Shown: positions 24,010 to 37,467 of the stretch, piece after piece
Numbering within the stretch: the stretch's first letter is position 1
How the letters are laid out: the number at the start of each line of letters is the position of its first letter
Source of the DNA: Pristiophorus japonicus
Taxonomy: Eukaryota
Assembly: GCF_044704955.1 (NCBI RefSeq)
Contig: NC_091985.1
Location: 217,868,001-217,932,000 of the forward strand
Direction: 5' to 3'
Length of the DNA: 64,000 nucleotides
Position numbers and translations under genes: made by a program
Notes under the pieces: generated by a model
Told to the model about the DNA's origin: nothing
The model's input: only the letters and a program-made list of their open reading frames with translations
Database searches by the model: none

Positions 24010-27000
24010 AATCATAGAATCATGGAAATTTACAGCACAGAAGGAGGCCATGTCCATGCCAGCCAACAGGAGGCTATCCGACCTAATCCCACTTCCCAGC
24101 TTTAGGTCCGCAGGTTACAGCGCCTCAAGTGCACATCCAAGTACTTTTTAAAACGTGGCGAGGGTTTCTGCCTCAGCCACCCTTTCAGGCAGTGAGCTCC
24201 AGACCCCCAACACCGTCTGGGTGGAGAAATCTCCCCTCAAATCACCTCTAAACCTTCTACCAATTACTTTAAATTTATGCACCTAGTTGTTGACCCCTCT
24301 GCTCGGAAATAGGCCCTTTCTATTCACTATATCTAGGCCCCTCATAATTTTATACACCTCAGTCTCCTCTGTTTCAAGGAAAACAAACCCAGCCTATCCA
24401 ATCTGTCCTCATAGCTAAGATTCTCCACTCCTGGCAACATCCTCGTAAATCTCCTCTGTACCCTCTCCAGTGCAATCACATCCTTCCTGTAATGCGGTGA
24501 CCAGAACTGTGGCCTAACTAGTATTTTATACAGTTCAAGCATAATCACCCCTGCTCTTGTATTCTATGCCTCAGCTAATAAAAACAAGCATTCCGTATGC
24601 CTTCTTATCCACCTTATCTACCTGGCCTGCCAGCTTCAGGGATTTGTGGACATGCACTTGCTTTGTTCTTCTACACTTTTCAGTGACCTACCATTTAATG
24701 TGTATTCCCTTTCCTTGTTAGCCCTCCCCAAATGTATTACCTCACACTTCTCTGGATGGAATTCCATTTGCCACTGTTGTGCTCAATAAGATCACCTCAC
24801 ATTCTTCTAAACTCCAATGAATATAGGCCTAAACTGCTCAACCTTTCTTCATAACCCCTTCATCTCACGAATCAACCTCGTGAACCTTCTCTGAACTGCC
24901 TCCAATGCAAAGAGACCAAAACTGTATAAAGTACTCCAGGTGTGGTGTCACCAACACCCTGTACAGTTGTAGCAGGTCTTCCCTACTTTTATACTCCATC
25001 CCCCCTTGCAAAAGAGGCCAACATTCCATTTGCCTTCTTAATTACTTGCTGTACCTGCATGCTAACTTTTTGTGTTTCATGTACAAGGACCCGCAGATCC
25101 CTCTGTACTGCAGCATTTTCTAATCTTTCCCCATTTAAATAATTTGCTTTTATATTTTTCATACCAAAGTGGATAACCTCACATTTTCCCACATTATACT
25201 CCATCTCCCAAATTTTTGCTCACTCACTTAGCTTATCCATATCCCTTTGTAGATTCTTTGCGTCTTCCTCACAAATTGCTTTTCCACCTATCTTTGTATC
25301 ATCAGCAAATTAAACTACATTATTCTTGGTCCCTTCATCCAAGTCATTAATATAGATTGTAAATAGTTGAGTTCCCAGCACTGATCCCTGTGGCACCCCA
25401 CTAGTTAGTTTGCCAACCTGAAAATGACCTATTTATCCCAATTCTGTTTTCTGTTAGTTAGCCAATCCTCTATCCATGTCAATATATTACTCCCAATTCT
25501 GTGAGCTCTTATCTTGTGCAGTAACCTTTTATGTGGCACCTTATCGAATGCCTTCTAGAAATCCAAATACATGACACCTACTGGTTCCCCTTTATCCACC
25601 CTGCTCATTACATCCTCAAAGAACACCAATAAATTTGTCAAGCATGATTTCCCTTTCATAAAACCATGCTGACTCTGCTTGACTGTACCATGATCTTCTA
25701 AATGTCCTGCTGCTACTTCATCAATAATGGACTCCAGCATTTTCCCAATGACTGATGTTAGGCTAACAGTTTCCTGCTTTCTGTCTCCCTCCTTTCTTAA
25801 ATAAGGGAATTACATTTGCTGTTTTCCAATCAAAAATCCAGGATCCAGGGATTTTTGGCAGATTACAACCAATGTAGCCACCATCTCTGTAGCCACTTCT
25901 TTTAATACCAGAGAGAGAAACAGTGTCTGACCTATCAAGAAAGACTGGATCAACTGGGCTTGTATTCACTGGAGTTCAGAAGAATGAGAGAGGACCTCAT
26001 AGAAACGTTTAAAATTCTGACGGGGTTAGACAGGTTAGATACAGGAAGAATGTTCCCAATGTTGGGGAAGTCCAGAACCAGGGGACACAGTCTAAGGATA
26101 AGGGGGAAGCCATTTAGGACCGAGATGAGGAGGAATTTCTTCACCCAGAGAGTGGTGAACCTGTGGAATTCTCTACCACAGAAAGTTGTTGAGGCCAATT
26201 CACTAAATATATTCAAAAAGGAGTTAGATGAAGTCCTTACTACTAGGGGAATCAAGGGGTATGGTGAGAAAGCAGGAATGGGGTACTGAAGTTGCATGTT
26301 CAGCCATGAACTCATTGAATGGCGGTGCAGGCTAGAAGGGCCGAATGGCCTACTCCTGCACCTATTTTCTATGTTTCTATGTATTGCTTCCAGCTTGGTT
26401 AGCCCAATCTATATGCATATCAAAGTCACCCATAATAACTGCTGCACCTTTATTGCATGCACCCCTAATTTCCTGTTTGATGCCCTCCCCAAGGTGTGGC
26501 CTCACCAAGGCCCTGTACAACTGCAGTAAGACCTCCCTGCTCCTATACTCAAATCCTCTCGCTATGAAGGCTAACATGCCATTTGCCTTCTTCACCGCCT
26601 GCTGTACCTGCATGCCAACTTTCAATGACTGATGCACCATGACACTCAGGTCTCGTTGCACCTCCCCTTTTCCTAATCTGTCACCATTCAAATAATATTC
26701 TGCCTTTCTGTTTTTGCCACCAAAGTGGATAACTTCACATTTATCTACATTCTACTGCATTTGCCATGCTTTTGCCCACTCACCTAACCTGTCCAAGTCA
26801 TTCTGCAGCCTCTTAGCTTCCGCCTCAAAGCTCACACTGCCACCCAGCTTAGTGTCATCTGGAAACGTGGAGATATTACATTCAATTCCTTCGTCCAAAT
26901 CATTAATGTATATTGTAAATAGCTGGGGTCCCAGCACTGAACTTTGCGGTACCCCACTTGTCACTGCCTGCCATTCTGAAAAGGACCCGTTCATTCCTAC

Positions 27001-27560
27001 TCTTTGCTTCCTGTCTGCAAACCAGTTCTCTATCATGTCAATATATTAGCCCCAATACAATGTGCTTTAATTTTGCACACTAATCTCTTGTATGGGACCT
27101 TGTCAAAAGCTTTTTGAAAGTCCAAATACACCATATCCACTGGTTCTCCCTTGTCCACTCTACTAGTTACATCCTCAAAAAATTCTAGAAGATTTGTCAA
27201 GCCTGATTTCCCTTTCATAAATCCATGCTGTCTTGGACCGATCATGTCACTGCTTTCCAAATGCGCTGCTATTACGTCTTTAATAATTGATTTCAACATT
27301 TTCCCCACTACCGATGTCAGGCTAACCGGTCTATAATTCCGTGTTTTCTCTCTCCATCCTTTTTTAAAAATTGGGGTTACATTAGCTACCCTCCAATCCA
27401 TAGGAACTGATTGAGAGTCTATAAAATGTTGGAAAATGACCACCAATGCATCCACTATTTCTAGGGCCACTTCCTTCAGTACTCTGGGATGCAGATTGTC
27501 AGGCCCTGGGGATTTCTCGGCCTTCAATCCCATCAATTTCCCTAACACAATTTCCTGACT
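24010..27560 (-). mobile_element. Stack of degenerate CR1 fragments, mostly minus; plus-strand 3' piece at about 25910-26385
   Basis: Repeated RT motifs (NYRPVSLTS, QHGF, GVPQ) and several 3' UTRs. Confidence 0.85.
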
Positions 27561-30500
27561 AGAAACATAGAAAATAGGTGCAGGAGCAGGCCATTCAGCC
27601 CCTCCAGCCTGCACCGCCATTCAACGAGTTCATGGCTGAACATGAAACTTCAGTACCTGCCTCCTGCTTTCTCGCCATACCCCTTGATCCCTCGAGTAGT
27701 AAGGACTTCATCTAACTCCCTTTTGAATATATTTAGTGAATTGGCCTCAACTACTTTCTGTGGTAGAGAATTCCACAGGTTCACCACTCTCTGGGTGAAG
27801 AAGTTTCTCCTCATCTCGGTCCTAAATGGCTTACCCCTTATCCTCAGACTGTGACCCCTGGTTCTGGACTTCCCCAACATTGGGAACATTCTTTCTGCTT
27901 CTAACCTGTCTAAACCCGTCAGAATTTTAAACATTTCTATCAGGTCCCCTCTCATTCTTCTGAACTCCAGTGAATACAAGCCCAGTTGATCCAGTCTTTC
28001 TTGATAGGTCAGTCCCACCATCCCGGGAATCAGTCTGGTGAATCTTCGCTGCACTCCCTCAATAGCAAGAATGTCCTTCCTCAAGTTAGGAGACCAAAAC
28101 TGTACACAATACTCCAGGTGTGGCCTCACCAAGGCCCTGTACAACTGTAGCAACACCTCCCTGCCTCTGTACTCAAATCCCCTCGCTATGAAGGCCAACA
28201 TGCCATTTGCTTTCTTAACCGCCTGCTGTACCTGCATGCCAACCTTCAATGAATGATGTACCATGACACCCAGGTCTCGTTGCACCTTCCCTTTTCCTAA
28301 TCTGTCACCATTCAGATAATAGTCTGTCTCTCTGTTTTTACCACCAAAGTGGATAACCTCACATTTATCCACATTATACTTCATCTGCCATGCATTTGCC
28401 CACTCACCTAACCTATCCAAGTCACTCTGCAGCCTCATAGCATCCTCCTCGCAGCTCACATTGCCACCCAACTTAGTGTCATCCGCAAATTTGGAGATAC
28501 TACATTTAATCCCCTCGTCTAAATCATTAATGTACAATGTAAACAGTTGGGGCCCCAGCACAGAACCTTGCGGTACCCCACTAGTCACTGCCTGCCATTC
28601 TGAAAAGTACCCATTTACTCCTACTCTTTGCTTCCTATCTGACACCTAGTTCTCAATCCACGTCAGCACACTACCCCCAATCCCATGTGCTTTAACTTTG
28701 CACATTAATCTCTGTGTGGGACCTTGTCGAAAGCCTTCTGAAAGTCCAAATATACAACATCAACTGGTTCTCCTTAGTCTACTTTACTGGAAACATCCTC
28801 AAAAAATTCCAGAAGATTTGTCAAGCATGATTTCCCTTTCATAAATCCATGCTGACTTGGACCTATCATGTCACCATTTTCCAAATGCGCTGCTATGACA
28901 TCCTTAATAATTGATTCCATCATTTTACCCACTACTGAGGTCAGGCTGACCGGACTCTAATTCCGTTTTCTCTCTCCCTCCTTTTTTAAAAAGTGGGGTT
29001 ACATTGGCTACCCTCCACTCGATAGGAACTGATTCAGAGTCAATGGAATGTTGGAAAATGACTGTCAATGCATCCGCTATTTCCAAGGCCACCTCCTTAA
29101 GTACTCTGGGATGCAGTCCATCAGGCCCTGGGGATTTCTCGGCCTTCAATCCCATCAATTTCCCCAACACAATTTCCCGACTAAGAAAGATTTCCCTCAG
29201 TTCCTCCTCCTTACTAGACCCTCTGACCCCTTTTATATCCGGAAGGTTGTTTGTGTCCTCCTTAGTGAATACTGAACCAAAGTACTTGTTCGATTGGTCT
29301 GCCATTTCTTTGTTCCCCGTTATGACTTCCCCTGATTCTGACTGCAGGGGACCTACGTTTGTCTTTACTAACCTTTTTCTCTTTACATACCTATAGAAAC
29401 TTTTGCAATCCGCCTTAATGTTCCCTGCAAGCTTCTTCTCGTACTCCATTTTCCCTGCCCTAATCAAACCCTTTGTCCTCCTCTACTGAGTTCTAAATTT
29501 CTCCCAGTCCCCGGGTTCGCTGCTATTTCTGGCCAATTTGTATGCCTCTTCCTTGGCTTTAATACTATCCCTGATTTCCCTTGATAGCCACGGTTGAGCC
29601 ACCTTTCCTTTTTTTATTTTTACGCCAGACAGGAACGTACAATTGTTGTAATTCATCCATGCGGTCTCTAAATGTCTGCCATTGCCCATCCACAGTCAAC
29701 CCCTTAAGTATCATTCGCCAATCTATCCTAGCCAATTCACGCCTCATACCTTCAAAGTTACCCTTCTTTAAGTTCTGGACCATGGTCTCTGAATTAACTG
29801 TTTCATTCTCCATCCTAATGCAGAATTCCACCATATTATGGTCACTCTTCCCCAAGGGGCCTCGCACAATGAGATTGCTAATTAATCCTCTCTCATTACA
29901 CAACACCCAGTCTAAGATGGCCTCCCCCCTAGTTGGTTCCTCGACATATTGGTCTAGAAAACCATCCCTGATGCACTCCAGGAAATCCTCCTCCACCGTA
30001 TTGCTTCCAGTTTGGCTAGCCCAATCTATGTGCATATTAAAGTCACCCATTATAACTGCTACACCTTTATTGCATGCACCCCTAATTTCCTGTTTGATGC
30101 CCTCCCCAACATCACTACTACTGTTTGGAGATCTGTACACAACTCCCACTAACGTTTTTTGCCCTTTGGTGTTCTGCAGCTCTACCCATATAGATTCCAC
30201 ATCATCCAAGCTAATGTCTTTCCTAACTATTGCATTAATCTCCTCTTTAACCAGCAATGCTACCCCACCTCCTGTTCCTTTTATTCTATCCTTCCTGAAT
30301 GTTGAATACCCCTGGATGTTGAGTTCCCAGCCCTGATCATCCTGGAGCCACGTCTCTGTAATCCCAATCACATCATATTTGTTAACGTCTATTTGCACAG
30401 TTAATTCATCCACCTTATTGCGGATACTCCTTGCATTAAGACACAAAGCCTTCAGGCTTGTTTTTTTAACACCCTTTGTCCTTTTAGAATTTTGCTGTAC

Positions 30501-31533
30501 AGTGGCCCTTTTTGTTCTTTGCCTTAGGCTTTTCTGCCCTCCACTTTTCCTCATCTCCTTTCTGTCTTTTGCTTTTGCCTCCTTTTTGTCTCCCTGCATT
30601 GGTTCCCATCCCCCTGCCATATTAGTTTAACTCCTCCCCAACAGCACTAGCAAACACTCCCCCTAGGACATTGGTTCCGGTCCTGCCCAGGCGCAGACCG
30701 TCCGGTTTGTACTGGTCCCACCTCCCCCAGAACCGGTTCCAATGCCCCAGGAATTTGAATCCCTCCTTGCTGCACCACTGCTCAAGCCACGTATTCATCT
30801 GCGCTATCCTGCGATTCCTACTCTGACTAGCACGTGGCACTGGTAGCAATCCTGAGATTACTACTTTTGAGGTCCTACTTTTTAATTTAGCTCCTAGCTC
30901 CTTAAATTCGTTTCGTAGGACCTCATCCCTTTTTTTACCTATGTCGTTGGTACCAATGTGCACCACGACAACTGGCTGTTCTCCTTCCCATTTCAGAATG
31001 TCCTGCACCCGCTCCAAGACATCCTTGACCCCGCACCAGGGAGGCAACATACCATCCTGGAGTCTCGGTTGCGGCCGCAGAAACGTCTATCTATTCCCCT
31101 CACCATTGAATCCCCTATCACTATCGCGCTCCCACTCTTTTTCCTGCCTTCCTGTGCAGCAGAGCCAGCCACGGTGCCATGAACTTGGCTGCTGCTGCCC
31201 TCCCCTGATGAGTCATCCCCCCCAGCAGTACTCAAAGCGGTGTATCTGTTTTGCAGGGGGATGACCACAGGGGACCCCTGCACTACCTTCCTTGCACTAC
31301 TCTTCCTGCTGGTCTTCCATTCCCTATTTGGCTGTGGACCCTTCTCCTGCGGTAAGACCAACTCACTACACGTGATACTCACGTCATTCTCAGCATCGTG
31401 GATGCTCCAGAGTGAATCCACCCTCAGCTCCAATTCCGCAACGCGGACCGTCAGGAGCTCGAGGCGGATACACTTCCTGCACACGTAGTCGCCAGGGACA
31501 CCGGAAGTGTCCCTGAGTTCCCACATGGTACAG
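27561..31533 (-). mobile_element. Near full-length, relatively young CR1 (ORF1 about 31526-30622, ORF2 30620-27650, frameshifted) nested in an older CR1
   Basis: ORF1 CRKC, leucine zipper and GDS/SGNH esterase; APE LNARSIRNK, GDFN, SDH; RT FADD; long open segments of 351 and 331 aa. Confidence 0.93.
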
Positions 31534-32145
31534 GATTTACTTCAGTTCCTCTTTCTTGCTAGACCCTCGGTCCCCCAGTATTTCCGAAAGGTTATTTGTG
31601 TCTTCCTCAGTGAAGACAGAACCGAAGTATTTGGTCAATTGTTCTGCCATTTCTTTGTTCCCCATTATAAATTCACCTGATTCTGACTGCAAGGGACTTA
31701 CATTTGTCTTCATTAATCTTTTTCTCTTCACATATCTATCGAAGCTTTTTCAGTCACTTTTTATGTTCCCAGCAAGCTTACTCTCATACGCTATTTTCCC
31801 CCTCCTAATTAAACCCTTTGTCCTTCTCTGCTGAATTCTAAATTTCTCCCAGTCCTTAGGTTTGCTGCTTTTTCTGGCCAATTTATATGCCTCTTCCTTG
31901 GTTTTAAAACTATCCCTAATTTCCCTTGTTAGCCACGGTTGAGCCACCTTCCCCATTTTATATTTATGCTAGACAGGGATGTACAATTGTTGAAGGTCAT
32001 CCATGTGATCTTTAAGTGTCTGCCATTGCCTATCCACCGTCAACCCTTTAAGTATCATTTGCCAGTCTATCCTAGCCAATTCACGTCTCATACCATCGAA
32101 GTTACCTTTCTTTCAGTTCAGGACCCTAGTCTCCGAGTTAACTGT
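31534..32145 (-). mobile_element. Continuation of the host CR1
   Basis: PWLTREI and KYFGSVFT motifs; continues the element interrupted at 27560. Confidence 0.8.
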
Positions 32146-32574
32146 GACAAGGACACTGTTTGTATCATGGTTTCCTCTCTCCAGATACTTTACTTTATTA
32201 TAAACATTTCCATTCGTTACAACTTTATTTTATATTCTCTGCCTCAGTCGTCCATATCATAACTAATATTTTTCTGGTATTATTATTCACAAAGCAAAAT
32301 ACTTCATTGAGCCAGTATAAATCTGATATTTCCTTCACCTGGAATACAAGGAAAAGTGCAAGCAGCTCCTTCTCACAGTGAGTGCATTATCATTCACAGA
32401 GCGCAGAGACATAGAACTGGCCTCAATCCTATTATCACAGGCAGCAGAAGCTGTCACTCCAACAGTGATCCGAAGTGGCTGAGTTACATTGTGAATCTTA
32501 CGGCCACTGGAGCGGTAGGATCCGATGCTGTTTCACCATTGAAACAGATCAGATTCATATACGAGATACTGAAA

Positions 32575-34072
32575 TATACAGAATAAAACCCACACTTGCA
32601 CACCAGAAGCTGATAGGTATAGATTAAAACCCACACTCATAGACCAGAAACTGTCAGGTACAGATTAAACCACACACTTTTTAGCAGAAACTGATGGTTA
32701 CATATTAAACCCACACTCATACCAGAAACTGACAGCTATGGGATAAAACCAACACTCCAATACCAGAAACTAACAGGTACAGATTAATCCCACATTTTTT
32801 TTTACCAGAAACTGACAGATACAGAATAAAACCCACACTCATATACAGAAATGACAGTTACAGATTAAACCCACACTCGTATACCAGAAACTGACAGGTA
32901 CAGGTTAGACCCACACTCATATACCAGAAACTGACAGGTACAGATTAAACACACACTCATTTACCAGAAACTGACAGGTACAATTTAAACACACACTCAT
33001 ATACCAGAAACTAACAGGTACAGATTAAACGCACACTCATATACCAGAAACTGACAGGTACAGAATATCATGCACACTCACCTACAGAAACTGCCAGGTA
33101 CAGATTAAACCTCACACTCATATCAGAAACTGACAGGTATCGAATAAAATACACATACATATTCCAGAAACTGACAGGTCCAAATTAAAACACACACTCA
33201 CATACCAGAAACTGACAGGTATAGATTAAACACACACTCACATCCCAGAGATGGGCAGGTAATAAAATACACACTCATATACCAGAAACTGACAGGTACA
33301 GAATAAAATACACACTCGCATACCAGAAACTAGTAGGTACAGATTAAACCCCACACTCACATACCAGAGATTGAAATGTATAGAATAAAATGCACACTCA
33401 CACATCATAAACTGACAGTTACAGAAAAAAAGAACACACTCACATACCAGAGACTGACAGGTACAGAATAAAATACACATTAATATATCAGAAACTGACA
33501 GGTACAGAACAAACACGCACTCATATACCAGAAACTGACGGGTACAGAATAGTAACCCACACTCATATAGCAGATACTGACAGGTACAGATTACACCCTA
33601 CACTCATACCAGAAACTGACAGGTACAGATTAAAATATCCACTCGCATATTAGAATCTGATATGTACAGATTACACCCCACACTCACATACCAGACACTG
33701 ACAAGTACAGGTTAAAACCTACACTCACACATCAGATACTGACAGGTACAGATTAAACCCACACACATATGGCAGAAACCGACAGTTGCAGAATAGAAAC
33801 CCACACTCACATACCAGAAACTGACAGTTCCAGATTAACCCCACAGTCATACATCAGAAATTGACAGGTACAGATTAAAGACCACACTCGCATACCAGAA
33901 ACTGATATGTATAGATTAAATCTCACATTCACATATCAAAAACTGACAGTTAGATATTAAACCCACATTCATATACCAGAACCAAGAGGAACAGAATAAA
34001 ATCCACACTCACAAAGCAGCTGACAGGTGCAGATTAACCCCACAGCCATACCAGAGACTAACAGGTACAGAA
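32575..34072. repeat. ~40-bp minisatellite, about 37 copies; resumes at 35720-35922
   Basis: Unit cagattaaacccacactcatataccagaaactgacaggta. Confidence 0.93.
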
Positions 34073-34074
34073 TA

Positions 34075-35720
34075 TTTATTCATAGGCAGTCCCTCGGAAT
34101 CGAAGAAGACTTGCTTCCACTCTAAAAATGTGTCCTTAGGTGACTGAACAATACAATACGAGAACCACAGTCCCTGTCACAGGTGGGACAGATAGTCATT
34201 GTGGGAAAGGATGGATGGAATTGGTTTGCCACATGCTCTTTCCGCTGCCTGCGCTTGATTTCTGCATGCTCTCGGCGATGAGACTCGAGGTGCTCCACTT
34301 AGGGCCATCTTTGGCCAGGGACTCCCAGGTGTCAGTGGGGATGTTGCACTTTATCAGGGAGGCTTTGAGGGTGTCCTTGTAACGTTCCCTTTGTCCGCCT
34401 TTGGCTCGTTTGCCATGAAGACGTTCTGAGTAGAGCGCTTGCTTTGGGAATCTTGTGTCTGGCATGCGAACAATGTGGCCTGCCCAGCGGAGCTGATAAA
34501 GTGTGGTCAGTGCTTCAATGCTGGGGATATTGGCCCAGTCAAGGACATTAACGTTGGTGAGTCTGTCCTCCCAGGGGACCTGCAGGATCTTGTGGAGACA
34601 TAGTTGGTGATATTTCTCCAGCGACTTGAGGTGTCTACTGTACATGGTCCATGTCTCTGAGCCATACAGGAGGGCGGGTATTACTACAGCCCTGTAGACC
34701 ATGAGCTTTGTGGCAGATTTGAGGGCCTGGTCTTTGAACACTCTTCTTCAGACAGCCGAAGGCTGCATGGGTGCACTGGAGGCGGTGTTGAATCTCCTCA
34801 TCAATGTCTACTCTTGTTGATATGAGGCTTCCGAGGTATGGGAAATGGTCCATGTTGTCCAGGGTCACACCGTAGATCTTGATGACTGAGGGGCAGTGAT
34901 GTGCAGTGGGGACAGGTTGGTGGAGGACCTTTTGTCTTACGGATGTTTAGTGTAAGGCCCATACTTTCGTACTCCTCAGTGAATACGTCGACTATGTCCT
35001 GGAGTTCAGCCTCTGTATTTACGCAGATGCAGGCGTCGTCTGCGTACTGTAGCTTGATGACAGAGGTTGGGGTGATCTTGGATTTGCATGCCAGACACAG
35101 AATTCCACAGATTCACAACCCTCTGGGAGAAGGAATTTCTTCTCCCAGAGGGTTGTGAATCTGTGGAATTCTTTGCCCAAGGAAGCAGTTGAGGCTAGCT
35201 CATTGAATGTATTCAAATCACAGATAGATAGATTTTTAAACAATAAGGGAATTAAAGATTACGGGAAGCGGGCGGTTAAGTGGAGCTGAGTCCACGGCCA
35301 GATCAGCCATGATCTTGTTGAATGGCGGAGCAGGCTCGAGGGGCTAGATGGCCGACTCCTGTTCCTAATTCTTATGTTGGACCTGACCTGGAGTCGACGA
35401 AGGTTGAACAGGTTCCCACTGGTTCTGTAGTTTAGTTCCACTCTAGTGGTAAGCTTGTTGACTGTGAGGTGGAGCATGGCAGCGAGAAAGATTGAGAAGA
35501 GGGTTGGGGTGAAGTCCCAGCCCTGTTTGACCCCAGTTTGGACATGGATTGGCTCTGTGATGGATCTGTTGGTAAGGATCACGGCCTGCATCTCGCGGTG
35601 GAGCAGACAGAGGATGGTGACTAATTTTTGGGGGCATCCGAAACAAAGGAGGACGCTCCATAGACCCTCGTGGTTGATATTGTCAAAGGCCTTTGTAAGG
35701 TCGAAGAAGGCCATGTACAA
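34075..35720 (-). mobile_element. RTE-clade LINE fragment with CR1 tail inserted at about 35099-35378
   Basis: FDLTKAFD, GVKQG, YADD, FPYLGS, LLYGSETW, LRWAGHIVRM motifs. Confidence 0.88.
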
Positions 35721-35924
35721 GGTACAGAATAAACACCACCCTCACATATTAGAGAGTGACCGGTACCGATTAAAACCCACAATCACATAACCGAAACTGA
35801 GAGGTACAGAATAACCCCCACAATCATATACCAGTAACTGACGGGTACAGATTAAATGCCACACTCATATACCAGAGATAGATAGGTACAGAATTAAATA
35901 CACACTCACATACCAGAATCTGAC

Positions 35925-36041
35925 ACCATCAGTTCCCGGGTGATCCAGACCGCCGTGCGCCTGCTGCTGCCCGGGGAGCTGGCCAAGCACGCCGTGTCGG
36001 AAGGGACAAAGGCGGTGACCAAGTACACCAGCTCCAAGTAA
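35925..36041 (+). pseudogene. H2B: 5'-truncated histone H2B fragment
   Basis: Encodes [38 protein letters not shown]; stem-loop GGCTCTTTTAAGAGCC at 36082-36097. Confidence 0.9.
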
Positions 36042-36971
36042 AACTCCACGCTGTCCTGACAGAACAAACCCCAAACACAACGGCTCTTTTAAGAGCCACC
36101 CACAGCCTCTCTGAAAGAGCTGCACAAGCGCATCACCCTTTAGACTCAATTTACTGTAATTATTTCCTGAACATGTGTGTTTGAGAACCTTTGCAGTTCC
36201 AGCTGTGGATTTAGTTTTGATTTCTCATAAGCAGCTTCACTGTCCGGTTCGACGTTAGGCCGCTGTTGAATTTCCCGCCATTCAATCTACAAACACGGTT
36301 CCTTGTCGCTCGTTCCCATTTACAGCGCCTGTCGATGAATTAGGAGCTTGTTTAGGGGATGAGACTCACATTTCAGTCACCTCATTCGCAAGCCCCTTTC
36401 GAATTTATTTTTCAATTCCTGTTGCAGGTCAATCCGTGTATTAACCCGGGACTCCCCGCAGTGTAAAAACCGAGAATGGGAGTTCGTACAGAGACCAGAA
36501 CGGGAGCAGTGTGAACACTCTGTCCCTCTTCCCTTTTCACAGAAGGACTTCCAGTTCTGGTCTCACTTCCCCCTGTGCGGAGGATCGATCCATGATCTGT
36601 GATTCCCAACTTTTACACAGTTTGAGCTGGAATGTGTCCCGTTACAGAGTCAGTGGGGATTGATTGCCGTCCGTTACAGACAGATTGACAGTGAACGCGA
36701 ATTTAATCCTGATTTTAACAGTCTGGAATTTGTAAGGGAAATATGGAATAAAATAAAAGGAAGTAAAACCTGTTTGTAAACCTTTGGCTAATGGTGAATT
36801 TATTAACATAATCCGCACTTAAAAAAATTATTGGCGGTGTTTTTGAAATTAAAAATCGTTCAAGGTCTGACTGTTGACAGGAATTTCCGCCCTCGTTTCA
36901 TTGGTGGTCTCAACAGACAATGGGTAAGGCGAGAGATTAACATTCAGCGGTGATTTGAGTAAAGAATCACC

Positions 36972-37193
36972 ATGACTGGATGAGGAGGCAAAGGATTGGG
37001 TAAAGGCAAAGTCAAGCGAATCTCGGGCCTGATCTACGAGAAGACCCGCGTGATACTGAAGGTTTTCCTGGAGAATGTGATCCGCGATGCGGACACCGAC
37101 ACTGAGCACGCCAAGCGCAAGACGGTCACTGCCATGGATGTGGTCTACGCTCTGAAACAGCAGGGCCGCACTCTCGATGGGTTCGGCGGCTGA
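36972..37193 (+). pseudogene. H4: Histone H4 pseudogene
   Basis: ATG ACT GGA TGA (early stop), large internal deletion before VKRISG; stem-loop at 37227-37242. Confidence 0.9.
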
Positions 37194-37467
37194 ACAACGC
37201 GACCTTTCCCCCAAGCACAACACAAAGGCTCTTCTCAGAGCCACCCACCGCCTCACAGAGAGAGCAGTGACCCGGGGAACAGGGGCGAGATAGTTGATTT
37301 ACATTTTGTTCTGCATAGATATGTTTTTTTGCCAAAATCGATATTGTGGTGTTAGGTGTTTTAAATCAGCATATACACGATGGACAGAATGTCCTTTTAG
37401 TTTTCGAATCATAGACATTTACGGAGCATTCCAGATGAAGGTAATACTGAAACAACTAATGTAGTTA

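Noticed and set aside
29581-30336. Long antisense ORFs over CR1, Tx1 and histone genes (also 45601-46566, 51797-52453, 54264-54896)
   Set aside because: Shadow frames of coding sequence on the opposite strand
36240-36260. GGTTCGA B-box-like motif (also near 39915) suggesting a tRNA
   Set aside because: No A box or cloverleaf; motif altered in the third spacer copy
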